64,000 nucleotides of DNA from Candidatus Latescibacterota bacterium (GCA_965248265.1 CBDFJF010000002.1:1664001-1728000), one strand, 5' to 3'; shown: positions 39,104 through 49,501, counted from the first letter of the stretch. Notes: generated by a model from the letters alone, not told the origin. A program made the numbers and translations.

Positions 39104-40930
39104 TCAAGGCGCTAACCTCCGGATTCGTGCCCCATATCGACTCCGCAGGCGTTTCGCCAAGTTAGGGTAAAAGCGCGCGGCAACAGCCAGCACCCTGGCG
39201 GCATCGCGCCGGTCGCCTCCCTCAAGATAGAGGTCGATGAGCTCCTCATAGCGGCCATAGTACTGAAAGGCAATCGGGTCGGCTTGGAGGCCGCTCTCGT
39301 AGGCTTTCAGTGCGCCAACTCTGTCGCCCTGCACGCGACGCATGCGCGCCAGGCTTATCCAGGCAATAACTCGATCGGGCAAGGCTTCGGTCACCCGTTC
39401 GAAAATCCGGCTGGCACCCGCGGCGTCCCGCTGCATCCCCAGGATCGAACCCAGGTTGAACAACGCCTCCCAATAGGTTGAATCCTGTGCGACGGCGCGC
39501 TCGTACGCCGGGCGTGCCTGCTTCAGGTCCCGATTTCTACTGTGTGCCGTGCCGATATTGAAGTGAATGAGTGGGTCGCCGGCCATGTCCATCCGGGTGA
39601 CGCCGTGGTTGGAGAGTGTTATCAGCAAGGCCAGTACGCCCACGTGCAGTGCGGCAGTTGGCCGGGGTTCGCTCCGCACTGCCTGGATGACACTGTATCC
39701 GCCGTAGGCGGCGTAGACCAGCAGCATTGGAATCAGTGGCACGCGGTAGCGCGCCATGATGAAGAAGGCTACAACTGAGAGGGCATAGACCATGGTGAAG
39801 GTGACGGGCAATGATATTCCCCGTTGCCGAACCGCCACGATCAATCCCAACACAGCTAACGGGCCGACCAGACCGAAGGGGAAGGCGACAAAATTCTTCC
39901 ATAGAGTAGTGGCGAGGATGGGCGAGTAGTTGCGCCAGAAGTAGATGTCCTGGTTGCGCCCGATCTCTTCCCCGTGCCAGAACAGGAATGCCTTGCGGGC
40001 AAGCAGCCTGGCGTAATCCAACGGTTGGGCGCGGATGTACTCCCAGGATTCCTGCATGAAAAAGTCTGATGCTGCCGACGGACGTTGGAGGTGTGCTTCC
40101 AGCCGCGGGCGTGCGAGCAGATCGTCCCATTCCCAACCGGGACGAATGTTCACGGCCTCGTCGTAGTCGGAATTATTGCCCACCCAAAAATTAATGCCTG
40201 CATTGGATGAAATGAGGACGCCGTCGCCGCCGATGAACACGTTGCGCAGGGTTACGGGCGTGATCACGAGAGCCACGCCAAAGAGAAAGGCCAGAGGCCA
40301 ACGGATTCGTTGAGCCAGAGTATACTGCCAGCGCGTGTCGAGCCAGACGAACGCCGCTGCAGCCAACACGAAGGTGAGGACCGTGGCGACGGTCAACGCC
40401 GACAGGCCGAACACGACTCCGGCCAGGGCGTATCTCGTAGCTGAGGGTTTGTCCTGGCAGCGCAATAACAAGACCAACCCAGCGAGATTTAGAAAGGTAG
40501 CCAGGGTAGCTGGCAGGAATTCGCCATCGAAGAAGATCAGCGGTCCATACAGCGTTCCGGCCATGGCAGCCACCGCGGCAATCATGGGTGTATGACGGAA
40601 CAACCGCCGACCGACGAACCAGATCAGGACGCAGGTAAGAGAGCCGATGACAATCTGAAAAAAACGCAGACTGTAGAAGACTTCGTCCGCGAACAGAACC
40701 CGGTGCAGGCCGAGCAGGTAAGAGTAGAGGGGTGGTTGCCAGAACGGGGGCTCGCCGACTCCAAACCAGTTGCCGTCAGCCAGTTTCGCAGCATGCTGCA
40801 GGTAGGTCAGTCCATCCACGGGTGGATGGTTGAACAGGGGACTGCCGTCGATCTGAAAGATGTAGAGTATGCGGACACCAAGTGCGAGGAGGAAGATCAT
40901 CCACGGGATGGTGCGCCTATGACGACTCAT
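39104..40930 (-). CDS. GT-C fold (ArnT/PMT-like) membrane glycosyltransferase with C-terminal TPRs
   Basis: VDGLTY, FWQPPLY, many TM segments, SNAGINFWVGNN, ARYRVPLIP, TPR-like HFNIG.../LFNLGSIL. Confidence 0.82.
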   Translation of the reverse strand: MSRHRRTIPWMIFLLALGVRILYIFQIDGSPLFNHPPVDGLTYLQHAAKLADGNWFGVGEPPFWQPPLYSYLLGLHRVLFADEVFYSLRFFQIVIGSLTCVLIWFVGRRLFRHTPMIAAVAAMAGTLYGPLIFFDGEFLPATLATFLNLAGLVLLLRCQDKPSATRYALAGVVFGLSALTVATVLTFVLAAAAFVWLDTRWQYTLAQRIRWPLAFLFGVALVITPVTLRNVFIGGDGVLISSNAGINFWVGNNSDYDEAVNIRPGWEWDDLLARPRLEAHLQRPSAASDFFMQESWEYIRAQPLDYARLLARKAFLFWHGEEIGRNQDIYFWRNYSPILATTLWKNFVAFPFGLVGPLAVLGLIVAVRQRGISLPVTFTMVYALSVVAFFIMARYRVPLIPMLLVYAAYGGYSVIQAVRSEPRPTAALHVGVLALLITLSNHGVTRMDMAGDPLIHFNIGTAHSRNRDLKQARPAYERAVAQDSTYWEALFNLGSILGMQRDAAGASRIFERVTEALPDRVIAWISLARMRRVQGDRVGALKAYESGLQADPIAFQYYGRYEELIDLYLEGGDRRDAARVLAVAARFYPNLAKRLRSRYGARIRRLAP

Positions 40931-41179
40931 GATTGCTTTGCTTTCATATTACATACACCACAGTCTCCCCGCTTCGCTACGATCGCGTGCTTTCATCCTA
41001 CACACAAAAACACCCAGTCATTTCAGCTCCCTTTCCGGCAGGCAAATGTAGGGAGAATGGGCGCTACCAGTAGAATCTGCCTAGCCATCCAGCCGAGCGA
41101 ACCACAACGTCAGGCATCCATTTCTAGTCGAGATGGCGAGTGGGTTTGCCCCAGGCGATCGCAGGAGTAGTTTTCGACC

Positions 41180-42928
41180 ATGTCAAAGACGGACGCCAAC
41201 ATGATCCGTGATTCGTGGCGCAGGGTCATGGTAGTGCTATGCTCTTCCGGCTTTCTACTTGCCTGCGGGGGCGAAGGTGCATCTCCGCCTGCGCCCGATG
41301 AATCGGCGGTCGAGTTCGTGGATGTGGCGCAGACCGCGGGTCTCGATTTCGAGCATTTCAACGGTCTCTCGGGCGAGTACTTCTACGTGGAAACGGCTGG
41401 CTCGGGCGGTGGATTCATCGACTACGACGGCGATGGCTGGCTGGATGTCTACCTCGTCAACGGCGCACAGCTCATCGGTCGTCCCCTCGAGCATCCTCCG
41501 GTCAATCAATTGTTTCGCAACAATTATCGCAACAACTATCGCAACAAGGCCGGCGAGTTTGACGATGTTACGGCTGGGTCCGGGGCTGGTGATGCCAGCT
41601 ATGGCACGGGGTGTGTTGCCGCCGACTACGACAATGATGGCGATCAGGATCTCTATGTGACAAACTTCGGAGCCAATGTGCTGTTGCAAAATGACGGTGG
41701 GCGCTTTCGCGACGTCACGACGCGGGAAGGGGTGGGCGACTCGCGCTGGAGCACGGCTGCCGGCTTTCTCGACTACGACGGCGATGGCGACCTGGATCTG
41801 TTGGCCGTCAACTATCTCGATTTCACCCTCGACAACAACATCGTCTGCAAGCATGGTCCGCACCGCTCCTACTGTGATCCCATGCAGTACAATCCGGTCG
41901 GCGACGTGCTGTATCGCAACGAAAGCGAACCATCAGGACATGCCGTTTTCGTCGACGTCAGTGACGAGGACGGCATCACGCTCGAAGGCCGTGGTTTGGG
42001 TATCGCCTTCTCCGACTACGATGACGACGGGGATACGGATGTGTACATCGCCAACGACAAGGACATGAACTTCCTGTATGAAAACCAGCAGGGGCAGTTC
42101 TCAGAAATGGGCCTGCAGTCGGGCACTCGGTACAATGCCGACGGTTTGGCAGAGGCAGGCATGGGGGTCGACTTCGGTGATATCGACAACGACGGGCATC
42201 CGGAGATATATGTGACCAATTTTTCGTATGAGACCAATACACTGTACGCGAATGACGGGCACGGGGAGTTTCGGGACGCTACCACAGCATTCGGTCTTGC
42301 TGAGGTGAGTTACCAACCACTCGGGTTTGGTTCCCGCTTCATGGACTACGATCACGACGGCTATCTGGACCTATTCGTCGCCAACGGCCATGTCCTCGAC
42401 AACATAGCCGAGATTCGACCGGAACTCCGCTACGCCCAGCCGAATCAGATGATGCGCAATCTGCGAGGCACCGGGTTCAAGGATGTTTCCGCATCACTCG
42501 GTACCTCGTTCGAGCATGCGGCCGTGAGTCGAGGGACCGCCGTCGGGGACTACGACAACGACGGTGATCTCGACATTCTGGTGACCAACACAGCCGACAA
42601 GCCGAATCTATTGCGGAACGACGGTGGCAACAGGGGTAACTGGTTGATCGTGGAATTGGCCGGTGCCGTTCACGGGGATGCCATCGGGGCTCGGGTCACG
42701 GCAGTGACCGGACAACGGCGTCAGCGGCGTGAGCGCCAAACTGGAGGCAGCTACCTGTCCAGCCATGACCCGCGCCTGCACTTCGGACTCGGGCGTGCGA
42801 CACAGGCTGATGTAGAGATCATCTGGCCCGGAGGGGAGACTCAGTTGCTGAACGATGTCGAAGTCAACCAGATTCTGCGCGTCCGGCAGCAGGTCTCAGC
42901 TGGAGTGCGAGACGATCGGGCAGGCTGA
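41180..42928 (+). CDS. CRTAC1/ASPIC-UnbV family lipoprotein with FG-GAP repeats
   Basis: Lipobox LLAC; DYDGDGWLDVY-type repeats; AIGARV...GGSYLSSHDPRLHFGLG. Confidence 0.9.
   Translation: MSKTDANMIRDSWRRVMVVLCSSGFLLACGGEGASPPAPDESAVEFVDVAQTAGLDFEHFNGLSGEYFYVETAGSGGGFIDYDGDGWLDVYLVNGAQLIGRPLEHPPVNQLFRNNYRNNYRNKAGEFDDVTAGSGAGDASYGTGCVAADYDNDGDQDLYVTNFGANVLLQNDGGRFRDVTTREGVGDSRWSTAAGFLDYDGDGDLDLLAVNYLDFTLDNNIVCKHGPHRSYCDPMQYNPVGDVLYRNESEPSGHAVFVDVSDEDGITLEGRGLGIAFSDYDDDGDTDVYIANDKDMNFLYENQQGQFSEMGLQSGTRYNADGLAEAGMGVDFGDIDNDGHPEIYVTNFSYETNTLYANDGHGEFRDATTAFGLAEVSYQPLGFGSRFMDYDHDGYLDLFVANGHVLDNIAEIRPELRYAQPNQMMRNLRGTGFKDVSASLGTSFEHAAVSRGTAVGDYDNDGDLDILVTNTADKPNLLRNDGGNRGNWLIVELAGAVHGDAIGARVTAVTGQRRQRRERQTGGSYLSSHDPRLHFGLGRATQADVEIIWPGGETQLLNDVEVNQILRVRQQVSAGVRDDRAG
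41515..41547 (+). repeat. In-frame 12-bp tandem repeat (about 2.75 copies) encoding RNNY-RNNY-RNK
   Basis: tcgcaacaatta tcgcaacaacta tcgcaacaa. Confidence 0.85.
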
Positions 42929-43112
42929 GCATGAGCATGGGATAGCTCATTATCGGTAGTCAACATGTAACTACAACGATGGGGCAGCGGATAGGGTGCC
43001 CGGATCAGCGCCTGAAATCCGGGTGCCACAGTCTGTACCGTGAAAAAGGGCCCTCGTCCTCACTATTGTACAGAGGCATCGCGGGAGCCGTCATCGCCGA
43101 GGTCTAGGAACA

Positions 43113-43985
43113 GTGGAAGACATGATCACATCCACAGATGATTTCGAGTTCACGGATCTTGATCTGGTGCAGTATCGGGAACAGGGATTCTGGACTGGTC
43201 CGAGGATATTCGACGATCATCAGGTTGAGGTTTTACGCGAGGAAGTGATGCGGACGGTAAGAGGTGAGAGAGACTTTGATTGTCAGTATTTCGGGTCAGC
43301 ACCGGTTTTTGAGCCGCAGAGCTTCGGACTGACTCATATCGTCAATGGCTGGTGGGTCAACGCTGCGCTTCGTGCGGTGGCGAACGCACCCGTGATTGGC
43401 TCGATCGCCTCGAAACTGTTGAATAGTGCGACTGTGCGATTGTTACATGACCAGGTTATCCATAAACCGGGTCAAGGATCGGCTGAACGGCCGGACACTG
43501 CTGGGAACGTGGGTTGGCATCAGGATGCCGCCCATTGGACGCGCGGCCGACTGAGTTTACCCAGGTCCACCATCTTTGCTTCGGCGTGGATCGCTCTACA
43601 GGATACCGATCTTGCCAACGGATGCATGCGCTTCGTCTCTGGCTCCCACAAATGGGGATTGGTCGAGGACGCCCACAGCTTCGTCGACAAGGACCTCGAC
43701 GGTCTGGCTGAGAAATATTCCAGTGGCGACGACAGGGACTGGGTGGAAAAACCATGTGTCTTGAAAGCCGGGCAGGTTAACTTCCACAGTGGATTGACGT
43801 TCCACGGATCGGGCCCGAATCGGACCGATGCGCCGCGTCTGTCCATCGCCCTGAACATGATGCCCGGCCCACCAAACTACAACGCCACTGAACGAGATCT
43901 TCTCGACGGCCAACCATGGCATCTCGTGAAGCACCCGGATCGGTCCGAGGAACTCTTCTACCCGAAAATCTACCCGCCGGACTAA
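43113..43985 (+). CDS. PhyH family 2OG-Fe(II) dioxygenase
   Basis: YREQGF, HDQVIHKP, VGWHQD, AWIAL...NGCMRFVSGSHKWG, FHSGLTFHGSGPN....R. Confidence 0.9.
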   Translation: MEDMITSTDDFEFTDLDLVQYREQGFWTGPRIFDDHQVEVLREEVMRTVRGERDFDCQYFGSAPVFEPQSFGLTHIVNGWWVNAALRAVANAPVIGSIASKLLNSATVRLLHDQVIHKPGQGSAERPDTAGNVGWHQDAAHWTRGRLSLPRSTIFASAWIALQDTDLANGCMRFVSGSHKWGLVEDAHSFVDKDLDGLAEKYSSGDDRDWVEKPCVLKAGQVNFHSGLTFHGSGPNRTDAPRLSIALNMMPGPPNYNATERDLLDGQPWHLVKHPDRSEELFYPKIYPPD

Positions 43986-44036
43986 GGAGGGCTATGGGAC
44001 ATGCCCTGGGAGTATGCCCGGATCTACTGATGTCTG

Positions 44037-44837
44037 TCAGTCGGCATCGGCGTCGCCAAGCTCTAAGAGGCTATCGTCTCCGATCGGCTCAAGAGGAGTG
44101 AAGTCGCGGTTGTTGTGATACCAGGCGCGCTCCGTGCCGGTGCAGGCGTTGCTGACGGCGTTGTAATTGAGGTACATGATGGCGCGGCGAGAGGGCGATT
44201 CGTTCGAGTAGGGAGATCCGTGGATGAGGTTGCAATGGATGAAGCAGACGGCACCAGCGACCTCGGAAAGGGATTCGATTCCGTTTTGTAAGCCGAGCCG
44301 TCTGACCGCCGCGCGGTCGAGATTGTAGACGGCAGCGCCGCTGGCATCGGCGTCGGGCTCAACAGAGTCGATGTATCCCTCTCTCTGAGTGCCTGGAACG
44401 ACCATGAGGGGGGCGACAATCGAGTGGTCGACGAACACGGCGGTCATGACGCAGCGGGGCTCCATCATGCCATCGAGTCGGAACCAGGGGCCGTAATCTT
44501 GATGGAAATCCCAGGATCCGCTAGTGCCAAAACCCTCCTTCGGATTGAGGCGGCTCTGATGCAGGTAGACCTCGTCGCGCAGCAGCTGGCGGACCGGGAG
44601 CAGTATGCGCGGCAGGCGCGTGAGGAGGCCGAAGGCTTCGGAAAACCGGTGACCACCGAAGACGAGCCTGATGGCGGATGACGGCTCTTTCTCGCGCACG
44701 ACCTCCGGGCCCTGTCGCGCCATGAGGTCAGTGACGTCACGCTGCAGTAGGGACACCTCTTTGCTATCGAGCAATTCCGGGAAGAGGAGATAGCCGCGCT
44801 CATCGAACTCGGCGATTTGAGCTCTGGTAAGTTTCAC
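44037..44837 (-). CDS. PhyH family dioxygenase, ectoine-hydroxylase-like
   Basis: FDERGYL, VYLHQSRLNPK, FHQDYGPWFRLDGM, CNLIHGS...RRA. Confidence 0.85.
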   Translation of the reverse strand: MKLTRAQIAEFDERGYLLFPELLDSKEVSLLQRDVTDLMARQGPEVVREKEPSSAIRLVFGGHRFSEAFGLLTRLPRILLPVRQLLRDEVYLHQSRLNPKEGFGTSGSWDFHQDYGPWFRLDGMMEPRCVMTAVFVDHSIVAPLMVVPGTQREGYIDSVEPDADASGAAVYNLDRAAVRRLGLQNGIESLSEVAGAVCFIHCNLIHGSPYSNESPSRRAIMYLNYNAVSNACTGTERAWYHNNRDFTPLEPIGDDSLLELGDADAD

Positions 44838-45045
44838 CCTGACTCTACTCTGCCGGATTTCTCTGGCATGTTCACATCCAGGATGATCAGATCGGGCGGA
44901 TTGGATTTGGCTGCCACAATCGCCTCGACCCCGTTCGTAGCCTCTATGATCGAGTGGCCCATCTGCTTGATGATTTCGGTGACGGTGAGACGGGTCATGG
45001 AGGAGTCGTCGGCCACCAGCACGAGTTTGCCGGGGCCAGAAGCGG
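44834..45045 (-). pseudogene. Response regulator receiver domain fragment
   Basis: VLVADDS...EATNGVEA...PDLIILDVNMPEKSG, then a stop; no good start and no C-terminal half (Thr/Lys) of the REC fold. Confidence 0.7.
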
Positions 45046-45047
45046 TG

Positions 45048-46367
45048 TTATTGCGCGTAGACCAATCCGGGAAGCCAGAGAGCGACCTGAGGCATGAACA
45101 GGACAATCGCCAGTCCGACCAGTTGGAGGAGGATGAAGGGCCACAGGCCTGCGAAGATATCCTGCAGGGTTATGTCAGGTGGGGCCACCCCCTTTAGGTA
45201 GAACGCCGCCGGTCCAAAAGGCGGCGACAGATAAGAAACCTGCATGTTCATGCAGAACAAGACACCGAACCAGACCGGGTCGTAACCAAGGCTCTCGATG
45301 ACGGGAACGAAGATCGGAACGGTTAGTAACAAGATGCCGACCCAGTCCATGAATAACCCCATGATGACGAGAATACCCATCATGATCAGGATTACACCAA
45401 CCGGGGCCATCTCCAGGCCCATGACAACGGATTTCACGAACAGCGTCCCGCCCATGAGATTGTAAACGCCGATCAGAGCTGTGGCCCCGAAGGTCAGCCA
45501 TAACAGCATGCCGCAGGTGTTCATGGTCTGCAATGCTGATTCGCGCACGACCGTCCAATTGAGTTCTCTGCGCACGAGCGCGGCGATCAGGGTTCCCACC
45601 ACGCCCATGCCGGCCGCCTCGCTGACCGAGGCGATACCGGCGTAAATGCTGCCGAGCACCCATCCCGCCACCGTCAACGGCAGGATCAGGTCCTTGAACA
45701 AGGCCAGCTTCTCCAGAATCGGCATCTCCCGTTCTTCGAGGGGAGCCGGTGGTCCTAACGTTGGATTGAGGCCGCAGCGTATGAGGATGTAGGTCAGATA
45801 AAGGCTGGCCAGCAGCAACCCGGGCACGATGGTGGCGATGAAAAGGTCGCCGATCGGGACATTGGCCGTGAGTCCGTAGATGATGAGGACGATGCTGGGC
45901 GGGATCATGGTGCCCAATGAGCCGCCGGCACAGATCGTGCCCACCGCCAGATTCTTGTCATAGCCCAGGCGCAGCATCTGGGGCAGGGCGATCATGCCAA
46001 GCAGGACGATCTCACCGCCGATGATGCCGGTCATGGCGGCCATGATCATCGCCACGATCAGAGTCTGCACCGCCAGGCCACCCCGCAGCCCACCGCCCCA
46101 TACGTGCATGGCCCGGTAGAGGTCCTTGGCGACACCGGTGCGCTCCATTAGCGAGGCCATCAGGATGAACATGGGTACCGCTACCAGCACGTACTCGCTC
46201 ATGAAGCTGTAGATGCGGCTGCCGATCAATCCCAGCACGACCGGACCGAACTTCAGCATACCCACGGTCACGGCGACGGCGCCCGTGACGAAGGCCAGGG
46301 GCAGGCCCATCACCAGCAAAACCGCGATGGCGAGTACGATGACGAGGGTGAGGAGGCCGATATCCAT
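45048..46367 (-). CDS. dctM: TRAP transporter large permease
   Basis: AVPMFILM, GGSLGTMIPPS, LSPPFG, WPFI...LWLP. Confidence 0.93.
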   Translation of the reverse strand: MDIGLLTLVIVLAIAVLLVMGLPLAFVTGAVAVTVGMLKFGPVVLGLIGSRIYSFMSEYVLVAVPMFILMASLMERTGVAKDLYRAMHVWGGGLRGGLAVQTLIVAMIMAAMTGIIGGEIVLLGMIALPQMLRLGYDKNLAVGTICAGGSLGTMIPPSIVLIIYGLTANVPIGDLFIATIVPGLLLASLYLTYILIRCGLNPTLGPPAPLEEREMPILEKLALFKDLILPLTVAGWVLGSIYAGIASVSEAAGMGVVGTLIAALVRRELNWTVVRESALQTMNTCGMLLWLTFGATALIGVYNLMGGTLFVKSVVMGLEMAPVGVILIMMGILVIMGLFMDWVGILLLTVPIFVPVIESLGYDPVWFGVLFCMNMQVSYLSPPFGPAAFYLKGVAPPDITLQDIFAGLWPFILLQLVGLAIVLFMPQVALWLPGLVYAQ

Positions 46368-46382
46368 GACCGCTGACTGCGC

Positions 46383-46898
46383 CTACAACCGGTTCCGCAC
46401 GGCGCGTCCCAGCTGTACGGCTGCCTGCAGAATCATCAGGGCGACGCCGAGGGCGAGCAGAGACTTGAGGGTGACCGGTATCGGCAGGTCGGACGCCGTG
46501 CCGGTCCGTTCCATAACCTTGAGCGATTTTTCTGCCTGCAGGGCCGCTCCGTACCCGAGAGCCAGGAGGAAGTAGAGGGCAATGATGGCGTTGATGATAC
46601 TGAGCCAGTAACGCACCCGCGCCGGGACCGAGTCAAAGACCAGGCTGATGCGGATGTGGTCGCGACGTTGCAGGGTGTAGGAGCCGCCGATGATGAAGGC
46701 GGCGGCCGTCAGAAAGATGCTGACCTCGTGGACCCAGGTCGTGGGCGCGTTGAAGAAATAGCGCAAGACGACTTCATAGAAGGTCAAGGCAACGGCCAGC
46801 AGGAAAACGAAACTGGCTTTCTCGCCCAGTGCGCGCGCGACGTGGTCCACCAAGCCTTTGCACGGCCGGGTGGAATCCGGTTTGATAGTCTCAGTCAC
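46383..46898 (-). CDS. dctQ: TRAP transporter small permease
   Basis: YEVVLRYFFNAPTTWVHE, HIRI; about 4 TM segments. Confidence 0.9.
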   Translation of the reverse strand: MTETIKPDSTRPCKGLVDHVARALGEKASFVFLLAVALTFYEVVLRYFFNAPTTWVHEVSIFLTAAAFIIGGSYTLQRRDHIRISLVFDSVPARVRYWLSIINAIIALYFLLALGYGAALQAEKSLKVMERTGTASDLPIPVTLKSLLALGVALMILQAAVQLGRAVRNRL

Positions 46899-46942
46899 TG
46901 ATAACCCTTGAAGCAGCGAGGCCGTTGATGGTGGTGGCGCAC

Positions 46943-47998
46943 CTATTCAAGCAAGCCCAGTTTCTTGAGAAAAATCATGTGGGAATCATAAATGCGTTGA
47001 GCCATCTCGCTGCGGGTGGCGAAAGTCTTGAGAACATCAGAGCCGATGAGGCGGAAACGATGGCGTTCTTCTTTGGTCCAGGTGACCAGCTCAGCACCCT
47101 GATCCCTGGCTGTCTGGGCCGCTTCGGCGTCGGCCAACGCCATCTGCTGGATCATGTTGCGGGCAAAGTCACGTACCGCCGTCTCGACGATGGCTTTGAG
47201 GTCGTCTGGCAGTTCATTCCAGCGTTCGACGTTGACACACACATCTCCCATCGGCAGCGAGTGGAATCCCGGGTAGATCTGGTAGGGCGCGATCTTGTGG
47301 TAGCCCAGGTCCACGTTCATGCCGAGGGTGCCCCAGTCGGTGGCGTCGATGACGCCGCGGTCGAGGGAGGTGTAGACCTCGCTGCCGGGTATGTTGACGG
47401 GGGCGGCGCCGATCTGCTTGAAAATCTCCTGGTTGAGGCCTTCGGGCACCCGCATCTTGACGCCCTTGAGGTCATCGACGGAGAGTATCGGTTTCTTCGA
47501 GGGAATCGATTCCATGCCGTGCCAGATGGAACCTATGTAATAGACGTCGAACCTACCGTAGAGCTCGCGCGCCAGTTCCCGGCCGCCACCGTACTCAAAC
47601 CACATCTGCATCTGATAGGAGTTTTCGTAGGCTCCCGGAAACTCCGACAACATGGCGAAGCCGGGATCCTTGCCGGCAAAGTATCCCGGGCCGCTCTGCT
47701 GGCCGTCGAGAATGCCCGAGCCAACGGCATCCAGAGTTTCGTTGTAGGCCACAATTGTTCCGACCGGTACCGGCTGGATCAGGAGCCTGCCACCCGTGAG
47801 CTTCCCGATATCAGCGCAGAACTCCTCAAACACCCCATGGTTGATCGAGCCGGCCTGCCACAGTGACTGCATCGTCCATCTGAATTCCTGAGCGGTGAGG
47901 CGCTCAGGGCCAACCGAAAGGAGAGTGGCAAGGCAGGCAATGAGGAAGGCACCGCTCACGTCCGTTTTTCCGTTACTCCTGAATCTGTCGAGGATCAT
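46943..47998 (-). CDS. dctP: TRAP transporter substrate-binding protein
   Basis: WTMQS, TGGRL, DLKGVKMRVP, EVYTSLDRGVIDA, WNELPDDLKA; start approximate. Confidence 0.9.
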   Translation of the reverse strand: MILDRFRSNGKTDVSGAFLIACLATLLSVGPERLTAQEFRWTMQSLWQAGSINHGVFEEFCADIGKLTGGRLLIQPVPVGTIVAYNETLDAVGSGILDGQQSGPGYFAGKDPGFAMLSEFPGAYENSYQMQMWFEYGGGRELARELYGRFDVYYIGSIWHGMESIPSKKPILSVDDLKGVKMRVPEGLNQEIFKQIGAAPVNIPGSEVYTSLDRGVIDATDWGTLGMNVDLGYHKIAPYQIYPGFHSLPMGDVCVNVERWNELPDDLKAIVETAVRDFARNMIQQMALADAEAAQTARDQGAELVTWTKEERHRFRLIGSDVLKTFATRSEMAQRIYDSHMIFLKKLGLLE

Positions 47999-48027
47999 GT
48001 TGGGGAACACTCCGTCAGTGGGGTGAA

Positions 48028-49494
48028 TCAATAGGGTGATTCGATGGTCGTCAACGGGCACCAGCGACTGGTCTGCAAATGGTTGATCAACATGCTCTGG
48101 GCGCGCGGGGTGGCTATCTGCTGCAATGCCAGTTCGGCATAGAAGCGCGCATAGCGATCCGGGTCCGAGAGCGCGGCGCAAATCGCGGGGACGGCGTCGT
48201 CAATGCGCTCATCCGTGTCCTCACTCATGGCAGCACCCAGTCGGGCGATGGCGAGCAGCCCATTCCAGCGCACCATGCGGTCTTCGTCGGCGACGGATTT
48301 GACCAATGCGTCGGCTGTCTTGTCCGTGAACACGCCGACCGTTCCCAGGGCCTCTGCCGCGTTGCGGCGCACGATGGCATCCGAATCCTCCATGGCAGCG
48401 GCCAAGGCATCCGCGCTCTCAGCTGCTGCCGGGCCGAGGTTGCCGAGGACGGCTGCCCCCGCGCAACGGGTGAGCGAGTCCGAATCTGGAGAGAGGAGAT
48501 CGATCATCGCCGGTACCGCCTCCTGCCCGACAGCGCACAACGCGTGCAGGGCGCTTACGTCGGCAGGATTGGCGCCCTTTGGATTGGCGGGACTGTGCTC
48601 AACGGTTGCCGTGGCAACTTGCCTCTTCAGTGTTTCGACCAATTCCGGAACAGCGCTCGCGCCGAGGGTGGCGATCTCATAAGCGGCAGTCAGGCTCCGC
48701 TCCTCCTCTTCATGCTCGAGGTCGCACAGCAGTGCCTGGCGGTCGGGGTCGCCCGTGGACCGATCACGCTTTGCCACGGAAGGCCTGCAGGTGAGCCAGT
48801 TCCAGACGCTCCTCTGTAGCGGAGCGGGTGATGACGAGTTCCAATCCAACTCACTGCAGTTCCAGGCTGGCGCCGTCGGTTCGCGCATGCGGGCGAACAT
48901 GAATTTGAGCATATAGCGCTTGCGATCGCTGTGATTGGTGGCCCGGCCATGCCAGGAGTCGAAGTTGACGATCGTGACCGTGCCCGCCGGGCCCGAGTGC
49001 AGGCACGCATTCTCGGTGGCTTTTTGAGGATCGGGGTCGGAAATCGAATTGTGGTGCTGGCGGCCCGGCATGGTCGACGTGGGCCCCATGTCATCGGTCA
49101 CATCCTGGGGATAGTAGAAAGCCATCACCCAGCGAAAGCGGTGATGACGCACGTTCCAGTCGTAGATATAGTCGTCCTTGTGCCAGTTCTGATCGCTGCT
49201 GCCAGGTTGGTGGAGGTGGCAGTAGCGGTGCGGATGCATGAAGTAACCCGGGCCGAGAAGGCTCGTTAACGCACCCCGCACGGCAGGGTGGTCGTAGATG
49301 GCGGCCAGTTCCGGGAGTTGGGGCAGAATGTTGTTTCCCGGATTACCGGTGGCGAATAATTGCTCGAGCCCACTGTACAGTCTTCCATGGATATCGTCAG
49401 GAAACTCAGCTCGCACCTGGATGGAGCCGTCGATGAGAAACTGACGGACGGAGGCATCGTCGAGGAGATGTGGGTTGATATCAGACGCATTCAT
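48028..49494 (-). CDS. PhyH-like dioxygenase fused to HEAT repeats
   Basis: WHKD, YYPQDVTDDMGPT, GTVTI...WHG..N....RYM; C-terminal VRRNAAEALG-type repeats. Confidence 0.8.
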   Translation of the reverse strand: MNASDINPHLLDDASVRQFLIDGSIQVRAEFPDDIHGRLYSGLEQLFATGNPGNNILPQLPELAAIYDHPAVRGALTSLLGPGYFMHPHRYCHLHQPGSSDQNWHKDDYIYDWNVRHHRFRWVMAFYYPQDVTDDMGPTSTMPGRQHHNSISDPDPQKATENACLHSGPAGTVTIVNFDSWHGRATNHSDRKRYMLKFMFARMREPTAPAWNCSELDWNSSSPAPLQRSVWNWLTCRPSVAKRDRSTGDPDRQALLCDLEHEEEERSLTAAYEIATLGASAVPELVETLKRQVATATVEHSPANPKGANPADVSALHALCAVGQEAVPAMIDLLSPDSDSLTRCAGAAVLGNLGPAAAESADALAAAMEDSDAIVRRNAAEALGTVGVFTDKTADALVKSVADEDRMVRWNGLLAIARLGAAMSEDTDERIDDAVPAICAALSDPDRYARFYAELALQQIATPRAQSMLINHLQTSRWCPLTTIESPY

Positions 49495-49501
49495 GACGAT
49501 C

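Noticed and set aside
42994-43028. Hairpin gtgcccggat...atccgggtgc as a terminator or ncRNA
   Set aside because: No U-tract, no second copy seen and no recognisable RNA family.
44037-44837. Calling this gene ectD
   Set aside because: The signature differs from FxWHSDFETWH and no ectABC genes are nearby.
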